Shown: positions 20,318 to 31,188, numbered from the stretch's first letter. The stretch is 64,000 bases of DNA from an uncultured delta proteobacterium (GCA_963847445.1 CAWJZV010000042.1:128001-192000); one strand, 5' to 3'. A program made the numbers and translations. Notes: generated by a model not told the origin, from the sequence alone.

Positions 20318-21280
20318 TCACTGCGCAAACAAGCCGCGGCGTTTGAGCGCTTCGGCGCAAGCTTCGAGAGTGCGTAGTTGGTCGTTGGCGGCGAAGCGCA
20401 AGACCACAGTGCGGGCGCCGGCCTCGACATATTTCTCGGTCCAATCGATCACTTCATCCCAGGAGCCGGTGACGCAGAGCATGGCATTGGCCACCGCTTC
20501 ATAGGAGCGATTATAGTACTGCGCCAAGAACTGTTGCCCCTCTACCACCGCGTCCTTGCCGCCTGCCGCCAGGGTGAAATAAATTCCCGGATGGATCGAC
20601 TCGGGCTTGCGCCCGGCGGCTGCGGCGTATTCTTGAATCTTTTGCCAACACTCGCCAAAGAGTTCGGGGCTTTTGATGTTGTTGAGCCAGCCGTCGGCGA
20701 GCCGGGCGACGCGCTTCAGGCCGGGCTCTACGGCGTTCGACGCCAGCCAGATCGGCACCCCGCCAGGTTGGCTCGGTTTCGGTTCGAGGGTCACGTGATC
20801 GAAATGGCTGAACTTGCCGGCATGGGTGACGTCGTTTTCGCGCCAGAGCCGACGCATGACTTGGACCAGCTCTTCGCTCATCTTCATGCGCGCGCTGGGA
20901 TCGAGGCCGAGGATTTCAAATTCATGTTCCGCCGCCGGGTCCTTGGGCCGGCCGTAGCCGACGCCGAGATCGACCCGTCCGCCGGTCATCCAGTCGAGGC
21001 TGGCGAGCTGGTAAGCGAGCAGGATCGGATTGCGCAGCGCGGCGAGAAATATCGCCGTGCCCAAACGGACCCGCTGCGTGCGCGCGCCGATGGCGGCCAA
21101 GGTCGTCAGCGCATCGATGCGCGGCCGCGCCGTCAAACTATCGCCGACCCACACCGAGTGAAAGCCCAATGCCTCGGCGCGTTCGGCAATTTGAAACAGA
21201 GCCGACGGATCGGCGCGTCCGGACATGATCGCTTCGCGGGTGGGTAATAACACACCAAAGTTGATTTTTGCGTTCTGCAT
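20318..21280 (-). CDS. LLM-class flavin-dependent oxidoreductase
   Basis: AEALGFHSVWVGD, RVRLGT, GGRVDLGVG, PKPSQPGGVPIW, RVARLADGW. Confidence 0.9.
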   Translation of the reverse strand: MQNAKINFGVLLPTREAIMSGRADPSALFQIAERAEALGFHSVWVGDSLTARPRIDALTTLAAIGARTQRVRLGTAIFLAALRNPILLAYQLASLDWMTGGRVDLGVGYGRPKDPAAEHEFEILGLDPSARMKMSEELVQVMRRLWRENDVTHAGKFSHFDHVTLEPKPSQPGGVPIWLASNAVEPGLKRVARLADGWLNNIKSPELFGECWQKIQEYAAAAGRKPESIHPGIYFTLAAGGKDAVVEGQQFLAQYYNRSYEAVANAMLCVTGSWDEVIDWTEKYVEAGARTVVLRFAANDQLRTLEACAEALKRRGLFAQ

Positions 21281-21321
21281 TGGATCGCTCGCTGTATTTC
21301 CCTTTAAGTTTATTGAACTCG

Positions 21322-21383
21322 TAAAGGGTGAAGGGCAAGGCGTCAGGATCGGAAACGCCTAACCCTTTACCCCTCACGCCTCA
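21322..21383. repeat. AGGGGT(A/G) 7-mer inverted tandem repeat (also 43268-43343)
   Basis: taaagggtgaagggcaaggcg ... cgcctaaccctttacccctcacgcctca. Confidence 0.7.
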
Positions 21384-21836
21384 CGAGTTCTCCGCGCCGC
21401 GAATCAATCGCGCGACATCGTACTCCATGATCGTTTCGCCGTGCTGATTCTTGACCCACTGGCGGTAGCGGACGATGCCGCCGCCGCGCGCCGGGACGGG
21501 CTTGGTATCCAACACTTCGATTTCCACTTGGATGGTATCGTTGACTTTGACCGGGCTGAACAGGCGCATTTTGTCGAGTCCGGCGAAGGCCATGCCGGTG
21601 CCGTGAATTAGACCTGTCTGCACGGTCAGCCCCTCGGCCATGCCGAAGGTGAGACTGCCCGGCGCGATGCGCTCGCCGTAGAGACTTTCCTTGCGAATGT
21701 ATTCCATGTCCAAAAACAGCGGCTCGGTGAGGCCGACCAAGTTCACAAAGGTCAGGATGTCGTGCTCGGTAATCGTCCGCCGGCCGGTGCTGTAGCGCTC
21801 GCCGGCATGGAACTCTTCGAAAGTCTTACCAATCAT
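21381..21836 (-). CDS. MaoC/PaaZ-type dehydratase
   Basis: RRTITEHDI, YGERIAPG, PVKVNDTI, VKNQHGE; ATGA overlap with upstream gene. Confidence 0.88.
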   Translation of the reverse strand: MIGKTFEEFHAGERYSTGRRTITEHDILTFVNLVGLTEPLFLDMEYIRKESLYGERIAPGSLTFGMAEGLTVQTGLIHGTGMAFAGLDKMRLFSPVKVNDTIQVEIEVLDTKPVPARGGGIVRYRQWVKNQHGETIMEYDVARLIRGAENS

Positions 21837-23035
21837 AGGACGCTCTTTCTTTTTAATCGTTCGATCTCTTCGATACTCATTCCGAGCCAGGATGACAAGA
21901 CATCTGCGCAATGCTCGCCCAGTAGCGGCGGCGGCAGCCGCACCGATGCCGGGGTGGCGGAAAACTTTACCGGAATGCCGGCGAGTTTCACCTTGCCGGC
22001 GGTGGGATGGTCGACTTCGACGAGCATATTGCGGTGCAGCACTTGCGGCGCGGCAAAAACTTGATCGATGGTTTGCACCGGCGCGCAGGGGACGTCGGCG
22101 GCGGTGAGCGCGGCGACCCAGTCGTTTGTCGTGCGGGTCAGAAAAATGGTTGAGAGCCTGGCGATCAACTCTTTGCGATTCTCGACGCGGTCGGCGTTCT
22201 TAGCGAAGCGCGGATCGTCGGCGAGTTCGGCCCGTCCCAGCGCCGGGCAGAGGCGCTGCCAGATCGTTTCGCTGGCGGCGCCAAGCACCAAAAAACTGTC
22301 GGCGGTCTGAAAGCTTTGGTAGGGCACGATGGTCGGATGGGCGTTGCCCCAGCGGCCGGGAACTTGGCCACCGATGAGATAGTTGCTGCCGGCGTTGATC
22401 AGCGCGGCGACTTCAGCTTCCAAAAGTGAAGTGTCGAGCTTTTGGCCGACGCCGAGTTTTTCTCTGGCATAAAGCGCGGCGACGATCGACTTGCCGAGCA
22501 TCAAACCCGCGACCAGGTCGATGATCGCGACGCCGACCTTGAGCGGTCCGCTCTCGGCGCTGCCGGTGACACTCATCAAGCCGCCCCAGGCTTGGACGAT
22601 CAAATCATAGCCCGGTATGTCCGCCATCGGCCCATCGGCGCCGAAACCCGATAGCGAAGCGTAAACCAGCCGCGGATTTTTTTCGCGTAACAGTTTTTCG
22701 CCCAAGCCCAAACGCTCCATGGCGCCGGGACGAAAGTTTTCGATCAGCACGTCGGCGCGCTCGGCGAGCTGGCGGACAAGCGCGATGCCATCGGCCGACT
22801 TGAAGTCGACGGTGAGGCTTTTTTTGTTGCGATTGGTACAGAGAAAATAAGCGCTCTCGCCGCCGGCGAAGGGCGGCCCCCAGCCGCGGGTGTCGTCGCC
22901 GACGCCCGGCTGCTCGATTTTCACGACTTCGGCGCCGAGATCGCCCAAGAACATGGTGCAGTAGGGGCCGGCGAGGACGCGGGTGAGGTCTAGGACGCGG
23001 ATGCCGTGCAATGCGCCGTTATTCGCTTCGCTCAT
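21833..23035 (-). CDS. CaiB/BaiF family CoA-transferase (class III)
   Basis: LDLTRVLAGPYC, NRNKKS, ENFRPG, GYD, PPLLGEH. Confidence 0.95.
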   Translation of the reverse strand: MSEANNGALHGIRVLDLTRVLAGPYCTMFLGDLGAEVVKIEQPGVGDDTRGWGPPFAGGESAYFLCTNRNKKSLTVDFKSADGIALVRQLAERADVLIENFRPGAMERLGLGEKLLREKNPRLVYASLSGFGADGPMADIPGYDLIVQAWGGLMSVTGSAESGPLKVGVAIIDLVAGLMLGKSIVAALYAREKLGVGQKLDTSLLEAEVAALINAGSNYLIGGQVPGRWGNAHPTIVPYQSFQTADSFLVLGAASETIWQRLCPALGRAELADDPRFAKNADRVENRKELIARLSTIFLTRTTNDWVAALTAADVPCAPVQTIDQVFAAPQVLHRNMLVEVDHPTAGKVKLAGIPVKFSATPASVRLPPPLLGEHCADVLSSWLGMSIEEIERLKRKSVL

Positions 23036-23119
23036 AGGATTGGGACTCGTTCAAACGGTTCAACCGCTGTGCTGCCGTTCAAGCCGTTCAAGCAAAGGGC
23101 GACCGCGATCGCCCCTACG

Positions 23120-23494
23120 CTATTTGAATTCGATGCCTTTGGCTTTGAGAATGTCGTTCAACGTTTCGACGCCGAGCCAGAGGCCGGGCATGCCGCCGGG
23201 GATGGCCGCGACTTCGACGGCTTCCAGGACTTCGCGCGGCGCAGCGCCCAAGGTCAGCGCGCGTTCGCTGTGCAGTTTTACTCCGCGCGGGCGGTTGAGC
23301 GCGCAGCAGATGCCGACCATGATCAGCTCCTTGGTCTTGCGCGGCAGCGCGCCTTCGCGGCCGAAGGTGCCGTCGACGTATATGCCTTTGAGCTTCTCGA
23401 AATACTCCGGGTCCATTTGCGCGATCAAGTCGTAGGCCTTGTTCTGCGCGCCCAACGCGGTTTTTTCAAAAGCGTCTTTTGCATCTTGAGCCAT
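23120..23494 (-). CDS. Carboxymuconolactone decarboxylase (CMD/AhpD-like) family protein
   Basis: GALPRKTKELI, HSERALTLGA, EVLEA, GGMP; AAGGAGG RBS. Confidence 0.85.
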   Translation of the reverse strand: MAQDAKDAFEKTALGAQNKAYDLIAQMDPEYFEKLKGIYVDGTFGREGALPRKTKELIMVGICCALNRPRGVKLHSERALTLGAAPREVLEAVEVAAIPGGMPGLWLGVETLNDILKAKGIEFK

Positions 23495-23534
23495 GGTTGC
23501 CTCCTTATGAGTTCGCACCGTTAAGATTATTCTC

Positions 23535-23672
23535 TCGCAAAGGCGCAAAGACGCCAAGTTCGGAATCGTTGTCATTTCGACCAGAGGGAGAAATCTTTCT
23601 TAGATTCCTTGCCTTCGCTCGGGATGACGGGCACCGGCCCGTCACCTTTGCGCGCCTTGCGCCTTTGCGGGA
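23535..23672. repeat. Nested repeat: CGCAAAG inverted arms around a GTCATTTCGA...GAGAAATCT element (latter also 31039-31065, 45765-45845, 52481-52510)
   Basis: cgcaaaggcgcaaagacgccaag ... gtcatttcgaccagagggagaaatct ... ctttgcgcgccttgcgcctttgcg. Confidence 0.8.
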
Positions 23673-23693
23673 GATATTCCGATTTCTCTAGCA

Positions 23694-25376
23694 TCAATCC
23701 TTCCGGGTGTTCTGGCTGATCACGACGTCGACCAGCGCTGGGCCGTTTTGATCCAAGGCGCGTTTGAGCGCTGCTTCGATGGCGTCGGGATGTTCGACGC
23801 GCTCGCCATGGATGCCGAAGGTTTCGGCGAGCCTGGCGAAGTTGATTTCCGGACCGGTGATCTCGGCGCCCATGTCGGCGGCGATGCGAATGCGCTCCTC
23901 TGAACCACGGAACTGATTTTTAACCGCCATATAGGCGCGATTGTTGAAGACGATGACGACCAGGGGAATGCGGTACCTGGCAAGCGTCCATAAACCCTGG
24001 AGGCCGAACATCGTGCTGCCGTCGCCCAAGCAGGCGACAACGCGCCGTTTCGGCGCGGCGAGCTTGGCGCCGATGGCGGCGCCCAAGCCCCAACCCAAGT
24101 AGCCGCCGGATGAGTTGGAAAAATAATCCCGTCCCGGCGAAAACTGAAAGTTGGACATCAAAAGATCTTTACTGGTGGGGCTCTCGTTGACGATCAAGGC
24201 ATCTTTCTCGACCAGCCGGTCCATGGTGCGGGCGACCCTCGCGGCGTTGATCGGCGTGGCGTCCCAACCTTTGCTGACACGGCTATCGATCTCGCCGGTG
24301 GCTTGATCCTTGGCTTTGCGTAGACATTCCAAACGCTCGGATTTCACTCCAGTTGCCGGCTCGACTTTCGCGTAGCATTCGATCAGCGACTTGAGTGCGC
24401 TCTTGGCGTCGGCGACGATGCCGATGTCGACGGGAAAAACCTTGCCGATCTCCCAGGGATCTTCTTCGATGTGAACGATCTTCGTCGACGGTTTGATTAC
24501 CGGTTCGGGGATATAGCGGTACTCGCGGATCAGGCGGCAACCGATGGCGATGATGACGTCGGGTTCGCCCCATACGGGAAGATCGAAAGAGGGTTGGCGC
24601 TCGGCGATTTGAAAACTCTGCGGGTGGGTGGTCGGAAAGGACAGAAATGAATAGCGCGGTTCCATCACCACCGGCGCGGCGACCAACTCGGCGAATTTGA
24701 TCAGTTCCTCGGTGGCGCGTGCCCTGGCGATGGCGCTGCCGGCGACGATCAACGGCCGCTTGGCGTGGGCGAGCATTTTGGCGGCATCGGCAAAGGCTTC
24801 GGGATCGCCCGCGATGCGCGGCGAGACGCGCGAACGCTCAGCGTCGGGATTCTCTACATTGATCGGTTCGCCCAGCAGGTTACTCGGTAGCGCGAGATAC
24901 ACGGGTCCGGTGGGCGCCGACGATGCGACTTTGAAGGCGCGGTTCAAATACTCTGGAATGCGGTCGGCGCGATGGACTTCGGCGCTCCACTTGGTGAATT
25001 GCTTGGTCATCTCGACCAAGTTCTTACCCTCGGTGTGTGAGTCGCGGCCGTCGATGCGGGTGTCGACATTCGTCGAGGTCACGATCACCGGCGAGCGATC
25101 GCGGTAGGCGTCGTAAAGGGCCCCCACCGAGTTCGCCGAACCCGGCAGTGTGCTCACTTGCGCCAGTTGCGGCCGACCGGTGACGCGGGCGTGACCGTCA
25201 GCCATGGAGACCACGCAGGTCTCGTGCATCGCCAGGATGAAGCGGATCTTTTCCTGATCGGCGATGGTGCCGATGAATTCCTGGCCGCTGGTGCCGGGCA
25301 GACCGAAGACATATTCGACGCCATGGGCGGCGGCGACTTCTAAATAAGCTTGCGAGGCGATTTTTTCTGCGGACAT
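23694..25376 (-). CDS. ThDP-dependent enzyme, benzoylformate decarboxylase-like
   Basis: FGLPGT, MHETCVVSMADG, GYLGWGLGAAIGA, GDGS...NN. Confidence 0.88.
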   Translation of the reverse strand: MSAEKIASQAYLEVAAAHGVEYVFGLPGTSGQEFIGTIADQEKIRFILAMHETCVVSMADGHARVTGRPQLAQVSTLPGSANSVGALYDAYRDRSPVIVTSTNVDTRIDGRDSHTEGKNLVEMTKQFTKWSAEVHRADRIPEYLNRAFKVASSAPTGPVYLALPSNLLGEPINVENPDAERSRVSPRIAGDPEAFADAAKMLAHAKRPLIVAGSAIARARATEELIKFAELVAAPVVMEPRYSFLSFPTTHPQSFQIAERQPSFDLPVWGEPDVIIAIGCRLIREYRYIPEPVIKPSTKIVHIEEDPWEIGKVFPVDIGIVADAKSALKSLIECYAKVEPATGVKSERLECLRKAKDQATGEIDSRVSKGWDATPINAARVARTMDRLVEKDALIVNESPTSKDLLMSNFQFSPGRDYFSNSSGGYLGWGLGAAIGAKLAAPKRRVVACLGDGSTMFGLQGLWTLARYRIPLVVIVFNNRAYMAVKNQFRGSEERIRIAADMGAEITGPEINFARLAETFGIHGERVEHPDAIEAALKRALDQNGPALVDVVISQNTRKD

Positions 25377-25512
25377 TATTTTAGTCGCTCCTTTCAGTCG
25401 CTCCCGTTCAAAAGTTCAAGCGTTCAATCGTTCAACGTTCGGAATTCGGTCGTCGCAGCTTCTGTCCGAATCCTTGAACTGTTGAACCTTGAACCTTGAA
25501 CGGCTATTTTCT

Positions 25513-26523
25513 TCATCGATACAAGCCGTCGATGAAACCGCTGTCGTCCAACTCTTTTAGCAGAGTTGCGTTAATAAAGCGCTCCGGTGCCGCTTTGGCG
25601 GCCTCGGGGCGTTCCTTGGCGGCGAGGTCGAGGAGCGCTTTGACGCCTTTTACCGACGGATAGGGTTTGCGTGGCACAATTTTCGCCGCGAAGTATTCCC
25701 AGGTGGCGCCGACCGCTTCCAGGTTGTCCGTGCGCATGTAGCGGGCGATGATCTTTTCGCTCTCGCGGCGCTGGGTCTTGAAATAGTGAATGCCTTCGAC
25801 GAAGGCGCGCATTAATCGAGTTGCGGATGGTTTGTTCTGCGTCAAGAACTTCTGGCTGCTCGCCATGCCGGTGATGAGGAACTCGCCGCCCAACTCGGAC
25901 ATGTCGAGCAAGACGTTCATGCCGTCTTTCTGGGCGATGGTGGTGATCGGCGGCAAGAGAATCGCCGCGTCGAGCTGGCCGGCTTTCATCGCTTCCAACC
26001 GGGTCGACTGTTCGCCCAACTGCAAGATCGTCACTTCGCGCGGGTCGATTTTGAGATGATTGAGCGCATAGCGCGCCGCGACATCGGGCGCGGCGCCGAA
26101 GCGGTTGACGCCGATGCGTTTGCCCTTGAGCTGGTTCGCTGACGTGATGCTTTTGACGGTGACTAACTGGAAAGCAAAGGTGTTGACGATACCAGCCGTC
26201 ATCACCAGATCCGAACCGGCAAGATTGCTGCTGACGATCGCCGGTCCGGCCATCGCCATCGCTTGCACTTCGTTAGCGATCATCGCCGCCGCCGCCGTCG
26301 GCCCGCCGGGAATGAAAACTAAATTCACGTCCAAGCCGTTTTTTCTAAACAGCCCGGCTTCTTTGGTGATCCAGATCGGCGCGTAAGCGCCGGCCTGGGC
26401 GCTGTAGCCGACGATCATTTTTTCTTGTTGGGCGCTGGCGGCGGAGATGAAGCAAGTAGAAGAAGTAACCAGGTCGATGCGCAGAGTCGAACGCCCGAGT
26501 GACATCGTCGCAAGCAACTGCAT
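25513..26523 (-). CDS. NitT/TauT-family substrate-binding protein (start uncertain)
   Basis: APIWITKEAGLFRKNGLDV, LKGKRIGVNRFG, ELDDSGFIDGLY. Confidence 0.85.
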   Translation of the reverse strand: MQLLATMSLGRSTLRIDLVTSSTCFISAASAQQEKMIVGYSAQAGAYAPIWITKEAGLFRKNGLDVNLVFIPGGPTAAAAMIANEVQAMAMAGPAIVSSNLAGSDLVMTAGIVNTFAFQLVTVKSITSANQLKGKRIGVNRFGAAPDVAARYALNHLKIDPREVTILQLGEQSTRLEAMKAGQLDAAILLPPITTIAQKDGMNVLLDMSELGGEFLITGMASSQKFLTQNKPSATRLMRAFVEGIHYFKTQRRESEKIIARYMRTDNLEAVGATWEYFAAKIVPRKPYPSVKGVKALLDLAAKERPEAAKAAPERFINATLLKELDDSGFIDGLYR

Positions 26524-26525
26524 AG

Positions 26526-26630
26526 CGTCATCCCGGCCAAGCGGAGCGCGAGCGGGGATCCAGGCGAGACCGGTTAACCCGGATTTCCGCCCTTTAGCCT
26601 TGCTCTGGACCGGCTTGCACGGGAATGACG
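26526..26630. repeat. GTCATCCCG...CGGGAATGAC palindromic element
   Basis: cgtcatcccgg...ggggatcc ... ggatttcc...gggaatgacg; same family as 44223-44306. Confidence 0.75.
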
Positions 26631-26776
26631 ATTCAGGGAGGGATGTTGTCTTCATTGCGACTTTGCTGATCGCATTCGAAAGTTCATGGTCATACGTACT
26701 TGACGAATTCTGCCGCATCTCAACTCGTCGATCGAAAATCGGCACGCGATTCTGCCCTCGGAGCAAAATCCAAAAT

Positions 26777-27760
26777 TCAGCGAATCACCTTGTCCGCCCT
26801 TACCAGCACATTCGGCGGAATCGTCAGGCCGATCTGCTTTGCGGCTTTCAGATTGACGATGAACTCAAACTTGTTCGGCTGCTCGACCGGCAGATCGGCG
26901 GGCTTGGCGCCTTTCAAAATCTTGTCGACATAAGTAGCGGCCCGCCGGACCAGGTCGTTGTAGTTGACGCTGTAGGTCGATAAGCCCACCGTCTTCTACA
27001 TATTCTTGTCATGTCGTACATGACCGGGAGCCGGTTCTTTACCGCGAGCTTCGGCAGTCTCTGTTCGGTGACCAGAGGCGATGCCGCCCGCCACCAGTCA
27101 CAAGGACTGCGTCAGCACGCCCCTTGCTCGCGGCTCGGAATGCGGTCTCAATATCCTTGAGATCTAGTACGTCTAGGTATTGAAGCTGTACCTTGAACGC
27201 CGCTGCGGCGAGTTCCGTCTCTTTTAACGATTTGGGCGTTGCCCGGGTCGGTTGAAGTACCCGAGGACAGCCACACGGGAGACCTTAGGAACGATCTCCT
27301 TCAGAAGCTCCAGTCGCTTTCCGCTTAGCTCCGGCGCAAGGGTCGACAATCCAGTGATGTTCCCGCCAGGCCGCGCCAGGCTGGCGACGAACCCACGAGC
27401 CAACAGGGTCGGCGATCAACTGCGCCATGACAATGGGAATGGTAGAAGTTGCTTCCTTGGCGGCACGGGTTGCTATCGGACCGGCGGTGACGATGACGTC
27501 TACTTTAAGACGCACTAGCTCGGCCACAAGCGCGGGAAAGCGATCGAGTTTTCCCTCAGCGGATCGCCACTCAATGACAATGTTTTTCCCCTCCACGTAT
27601 ACTCAAGCTCGCGCAGCCCCTGCCGGAAGGCCTCGGTGAGGGCGGAGACAGCGGAAGGGGGGCACCTTGTAGGTTTCCTATCAGGGGGATTTTCGTTGGC
27701 TGTGCCCCCACAACGCCGCAGAATGCAGAAGCGATAACGTAAGGGATAATCCCCACCCAT
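26777..27760 (-). pseudogene. ABC_sub_bind-type substrate-binding protein, heavily frameshifted
   Basis: EGKNIVIEWRSAEGK, AELVRLKVDVIV, RRAATYVDKILKGAKPADLPVEQP, IGLTIPPNVLVRADKVI. Confidence 0.8.
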
Positions 27761-27880
27761 TTTGGATTTGCAATTTTGGATTTTGGATTGCCGGAATAAG
27801 AGAGACCAAACCGTATTCGAATTTTCTTGTGCAATTGTCTTGCTCCCTAATCCAAAATCTAAAATCAAAAATCCAAAATT
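27759..27880. repeat. CCAAAAT 7-mer inverted tandem repeat
   Basis: attttggatttgcaattttggattttgg ... ccaaaatctaaaatcaaaaatccaaaat; short copy at 26763-26778. Confidence 0.8.
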
Positions 27881-27882
27881 CC

Positions 27883-28875
27883 TTACGGCCACACCGACTT
27901 GATGAATCCCGTTGCTTCCAGCTCATCCATGAAGCTGGAGTCCATGAATTCTTCGGCTTTGCGGCCTTTGGCTTTGGGGTTGTTCTCGGCGATCAGACTC
28001 AAAGAATTCTCGACGCCTTTGGGGTTGATCTTGGGAATTTTTTTAATATAGCGCGAGGCGAACAGGTCGTGGGTGGTCGCCAGCATGTCGCGGTCGGTGA
28101 CGCCGCCGTATTTTCTCAGCGCGCGGATGCCGAGCTCGCGGTCGGTCAAAAGTCGCTTGGTGCCTTCGATATAGGCTTTGAGAAAGCGCAGCACGGCGTC
28201 GCGGTTGGCGTTGGCGTAGCGGCGGCTCACGACCACGGTTGACGCCGGGCTTTCGAATCCCGACTCGGAGAAGTCGAGCAGAGTTTTCAAATTAAACTTT
28301 TCCGCGTGGACGGAAGTTGGAAACGACACCATGCCGCCGTCGACGGTTTTTTGCGCGATCGCGATGGCGATGTCGGGCATGCGGCCGATCTGCACTATCT
28401 TCACGTCTTTTTGCGGCTCCAAGCCCCAATTTTTCAGCGCCGGCCGCAGCAGCAAGTCGGTCAGCGAACCGAAGCCTGTGACCGCGAGGGTCTTGCCTCT
28501 GAGATCCTGCGGTTTGGCGATGCTCGGGCTGACCATCAGCTTCATGATTTGGTTGTCGATGGAGCTGGCGACTTGAATCAAGTCGGCGCCGCCAACCGAC
28601 GCTTGCAGATAAACCACCGATGACACCGTCGAGATGTCGAGCTGGCCGGAGACATGAACCTGCACCAGCTTCACGCCTTGGACGTAAACCATCTCGCTGT
28701 CGAAGCCGTATTTTTCCAACAGCCCGGCTTCTTTGGTGGCGAACAGCGGATAAAACGCCGCGCTCGGCGAGGGATAGCCGACGCGCAACTTTGATAGCGT
28801 GGCGCCGTCGGCAGCCAACGAAGTAAAAATTGAAAATGCAAAATTGAAAATTAGAAAAACTTTCCACGGTTTCAT
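27883..28875 (-). CDS. NitT/TauT-family substrate-binding protein
   Basis: Signal peptide, KEAGLLEKYG, DLRGKTLAVTGFGS, FMDELEATGFI. Confidence 0.9.
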   Translation of the reverse strand: MKPWKVFLIFNFAFSIFTSLAADGATLSKLRVGYPSPSAAFYPLFATKEAGLLEKYGFDSEMVYVQGVKLVQVHVSGQLDISTVSSVVYLQASVGGADLIQVASSIDNQIMKLMVSPSIAKPQDLRGKTLAVTGFGSLTDLLLRPALKNWGLEPQKDVKIVQIGRMPDIAIAIAQKTVDGGMVSFPTSVHAEKFNLKTLLDFSESGFESPASTVVVSRRYANANRDAVLRFLKAYIEGTKRLLTDRELGIRALRKYGGVTDRDMLATTHDLFASRYIKKIPKINPKGVENSLSLIAENNPKAKGRKAEEFMDSSFMDELEATGFIKSVWP

Positions 28876-28942
28876 TGCTTAACCTCCGTCTCAATGGCCG
28901 GCAATGGAGCCGGTCAGACCCGTCGCCGACTGCGCTTAGCAG

Positions 28943-29773
28943 CTAACTAAATAGTTGCTGTGCGTTGGCGAACAAGAGTTTGTCCTTCACCGCTGGTTTG
29001 AAGTTCATCTTGTCAAAGCTCGCCAGGGCTTTTTCCAAATCGACGTAAGGGAAGTCGGTGCCGAAGAGCGCTTTGTCTTGCAGTCGGCCGCCGATGGCCC
29101 TTTGAAATAGTTCGGGAAGCTGTTCCGCGAGATATCCGGAGGTGTCGACGAAGAGATTCTTTTTGTGCGTCACCACGCCGATAAGCTCTTGCTCCCAGGG
29201 CCAGCCGGGATGGGCCGCGATGATTTTCATCTTGGGGAAATCGCGGGCGAGAGTGTCCAGGTAAATCGGCCGGCCATAATCGAGGGCAATGCCGCTGCCG
29301 CCATCGGTGTCGGCGCCCAGCACCGTGAAGCCGACATGGAACAATGCCGGCTTGCCGCTTGCCTGGATAATTTCCCAAATGTCGTAGAAGCGCTTGTCGT
29401 TGGGATAAAAGCCTTGATCGGGCGGATGAAATTTGAAGCCTTTGACCTTGGGATTTTTCACCAAGTCCTCGGCGTAGCGGGCGACGACGGTCAAATCAGC
29501 CGCGCTGGTGTCGAGGGCGGCGAGGATGCCGGGAAAGGTCTCGGGAAACTGACTGGCCAGATCGAGCACATGTTCGTTGCTGTTGCGCGCGCCTTCGTTG
29601 ACCGTCGACGGGTGCCAACCGATCAAGAGCGCTTGCACATCGTTCTTGGCATAGAGCGCGGCGAAGCCTTCAGGGGTCTGCGGGATGTCGTTCAGGTTTC
29701 TACGAAAATAGCCGCAGGCGTGATGGTCGAGGCCGCGGGTGCTTGGATGGACGTGAACGTCAAAGGCTTTCAT
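28943..29773 (-). CDS. Amidohydrolase 2 family protein
   Basis: DVHVH, GFKFHP, FHVG, IAAHPGWPW, LFGTDFP. Confidence 0.9.
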   Translation of the reverse strand: MKAFDVHVHPSTRGLDHHACGYFRRNLNDIPQTPEGFAALYAKNDVQALLIGWHPSTVNEGARNSNEHVLDLASQFPETFPGILAALDTSAADLTVVARYAEDLVKNPKVKGFKFHPPDQGFYPNDKRFYDIWEIIQASGKPALFHVGFTVLGADTDGGSGIALDYGRPIYLDTLARDFPKMKIIAAHPGWPWEQELIGVVTHKKNLFVDTSGYLAEQLPELFQRAIGGRLQDKALFGTDFPYVDLEKALASFDKMNFKPAVKDKLLFANAQQLFS

Positions 29774-29791
29774 GAAAGCTCGCTCATTGAT

Positions 29792-30943
29792 CTAGATGCG
29801 TGGGTAAAAAGTCTTGTTGCCGCCGGTCGTCTCGGCGAGAATTGCTGGAATTGCCAATGGGTTCCGGCCGAGCATTCGATTGGTTTTCTCTAGCTCTTCT
29901 CGCAGCGCCGCCGCGCCGGTGGCATCGATCAGTTTCAATGGCGGCTGCGGCATCTTGATCCCCTCGGTGGCGATCAGATCGACGGTGGCGGAAGCTTCCC
30001 CCAGCTCGGCAACGCGGGCGGCGGCGACCAACATCGACGTCATGAGCGCGCGCTTGACGTTTTCGTCGTCGAGGGATTTACCCTGGGCGTCGGCCAAGTC
30101 ATAAATCTTCGGATTGGCTTTCTGATCGACGTAGAATCTCGGGTTGTCTTTGGCGAGCCGGTTGAGCAATTGCGATGAGCGCAGGAAGGTGTCGCCGCGC
30201 AGTTCCGCCATGATGCGCGTGACATCTTCGACGATGGCCGGCTTCCAACTGTCGAAGCTGATAAACGGCGGGAGCAGTTTTAACTCCTTCGCTGCTTGGT
30301 CAACCTGGTCGATGCGCGCGCCCTGTTCGAGTAGACGCACCGCCATCACCGCGTAAATCATCAGGATGCCGTTGGACACGAAGCCGGAGATATCTTGCAC
30401 CGGCACCGGATCGCGGCCGAGAGTTTTCACAAAAGATAGGATCGCTTCCCGGTTCGGCGCCGTCATGTCACCGGTGACAATTTCGACCATCTGGGTGTAG
30501 AGGACGGGATTGAAAAAGTGCGTCAAAGAAAACTTTTTGCTGTCGACGGTGCCCTCGTTCAATAGTGTCGCGCGGGTGACCGACGATGTGTTGGTCGTCA
30601 GCAGGCCGGCGAAACCGGCGTCGCCGAGAGACTTGTAGACCGCGAGTTTGACCTGGGTTTTTTCCGAAACCGCCTCGGTGACCAGGTTTGCTTGCGCCAG
30701 CGCGGCTACGCCGTCGGCAGGCACAAGCAGTGTTCGCAGATTGTCGATCTCGCCATCCGCAATGCGCTTGCGCTTTTGCAAGCGTTCGATGGTCTGCTCG
30801 CGCCGGTCGGCCAGCGAATCCATGGCCGCCTTGGAGGCGTCATAGGCCAGCGTGGGAAAGCCCTTCATGGCGTAGAGAAAGGCGATGTCGAAGCCCATGA
30901 CGCCGAGGCCGATGACACCGGTAGTCTTGATTTGAGTTTCCAT
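29792..30943 (-). CDS. 3-hydroxyacyl-CoA dehydrogenase family protein
   Basis: GLGVMG, EAVSE, TNTSS, HFFNP, GFVSN. Confidence 0.88.
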   Translation of the reverse strand: METQIKTTGVIGLGVMGFDIAFLYAMKGFPTLAYDASKAAMDSLADRREQTIERLQKRKRIADGEIDNLRTLLVPADGVAALAQANLVTEAVSEKTQVKLAVYKSLGDAGFAGLLTTNTSSVTRATLLNEGTVDSKKFSLTHFFNPVLYTQMVEIVTGDMTAPNREAILSFVKTLGRDPVPVQDISGFVSNGILMIYAVMAVRLLEQGARIDQVDQAAKELKLLPPFISFDSWKPAIVEDVTRIMAELRGDTFLRSSQLLNRLAKDNPRFYVDQKANPKIYDLADAQGKSLDDENVKRALMTSMLVAAARVAELGEASATVDLIATEGIKMPQPPLKLIDATGAAALREELEKTNRMLGRNPLAIPAILAETTGGNKTFYPRI

Positions 30944-31188
30944 GTGAACGTTGCTGGAGCGAGTTGGACTCGACCGGAAATATCATAGGCGTTGGGGCAA
31001 CACAATGTGCGATGAGTGGGCTGCGCGGTGGTCCGGCGAGATTTCTCGCTGCGCTCGAAATGACAGTTGCGTGGCAGTGAGCACCAATGCCGGTGACACA
31101 CCGTGGCTGAAATCTTGCCTTGACTTGGTTTGGTCCCTTCTCTAAGTTCAGCCTCGGCAGGCTGCGACGCGGCAATGACGGAGGTTCG

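Noticed and set aside
26526-26766. Palindrome translated in-frame within the SBP N-terminus
   Set aside because: The ORF is open through it, but upstream ATGs lack an RBS and plausible starts lie downstream of the repeat, next to the signal peptide.
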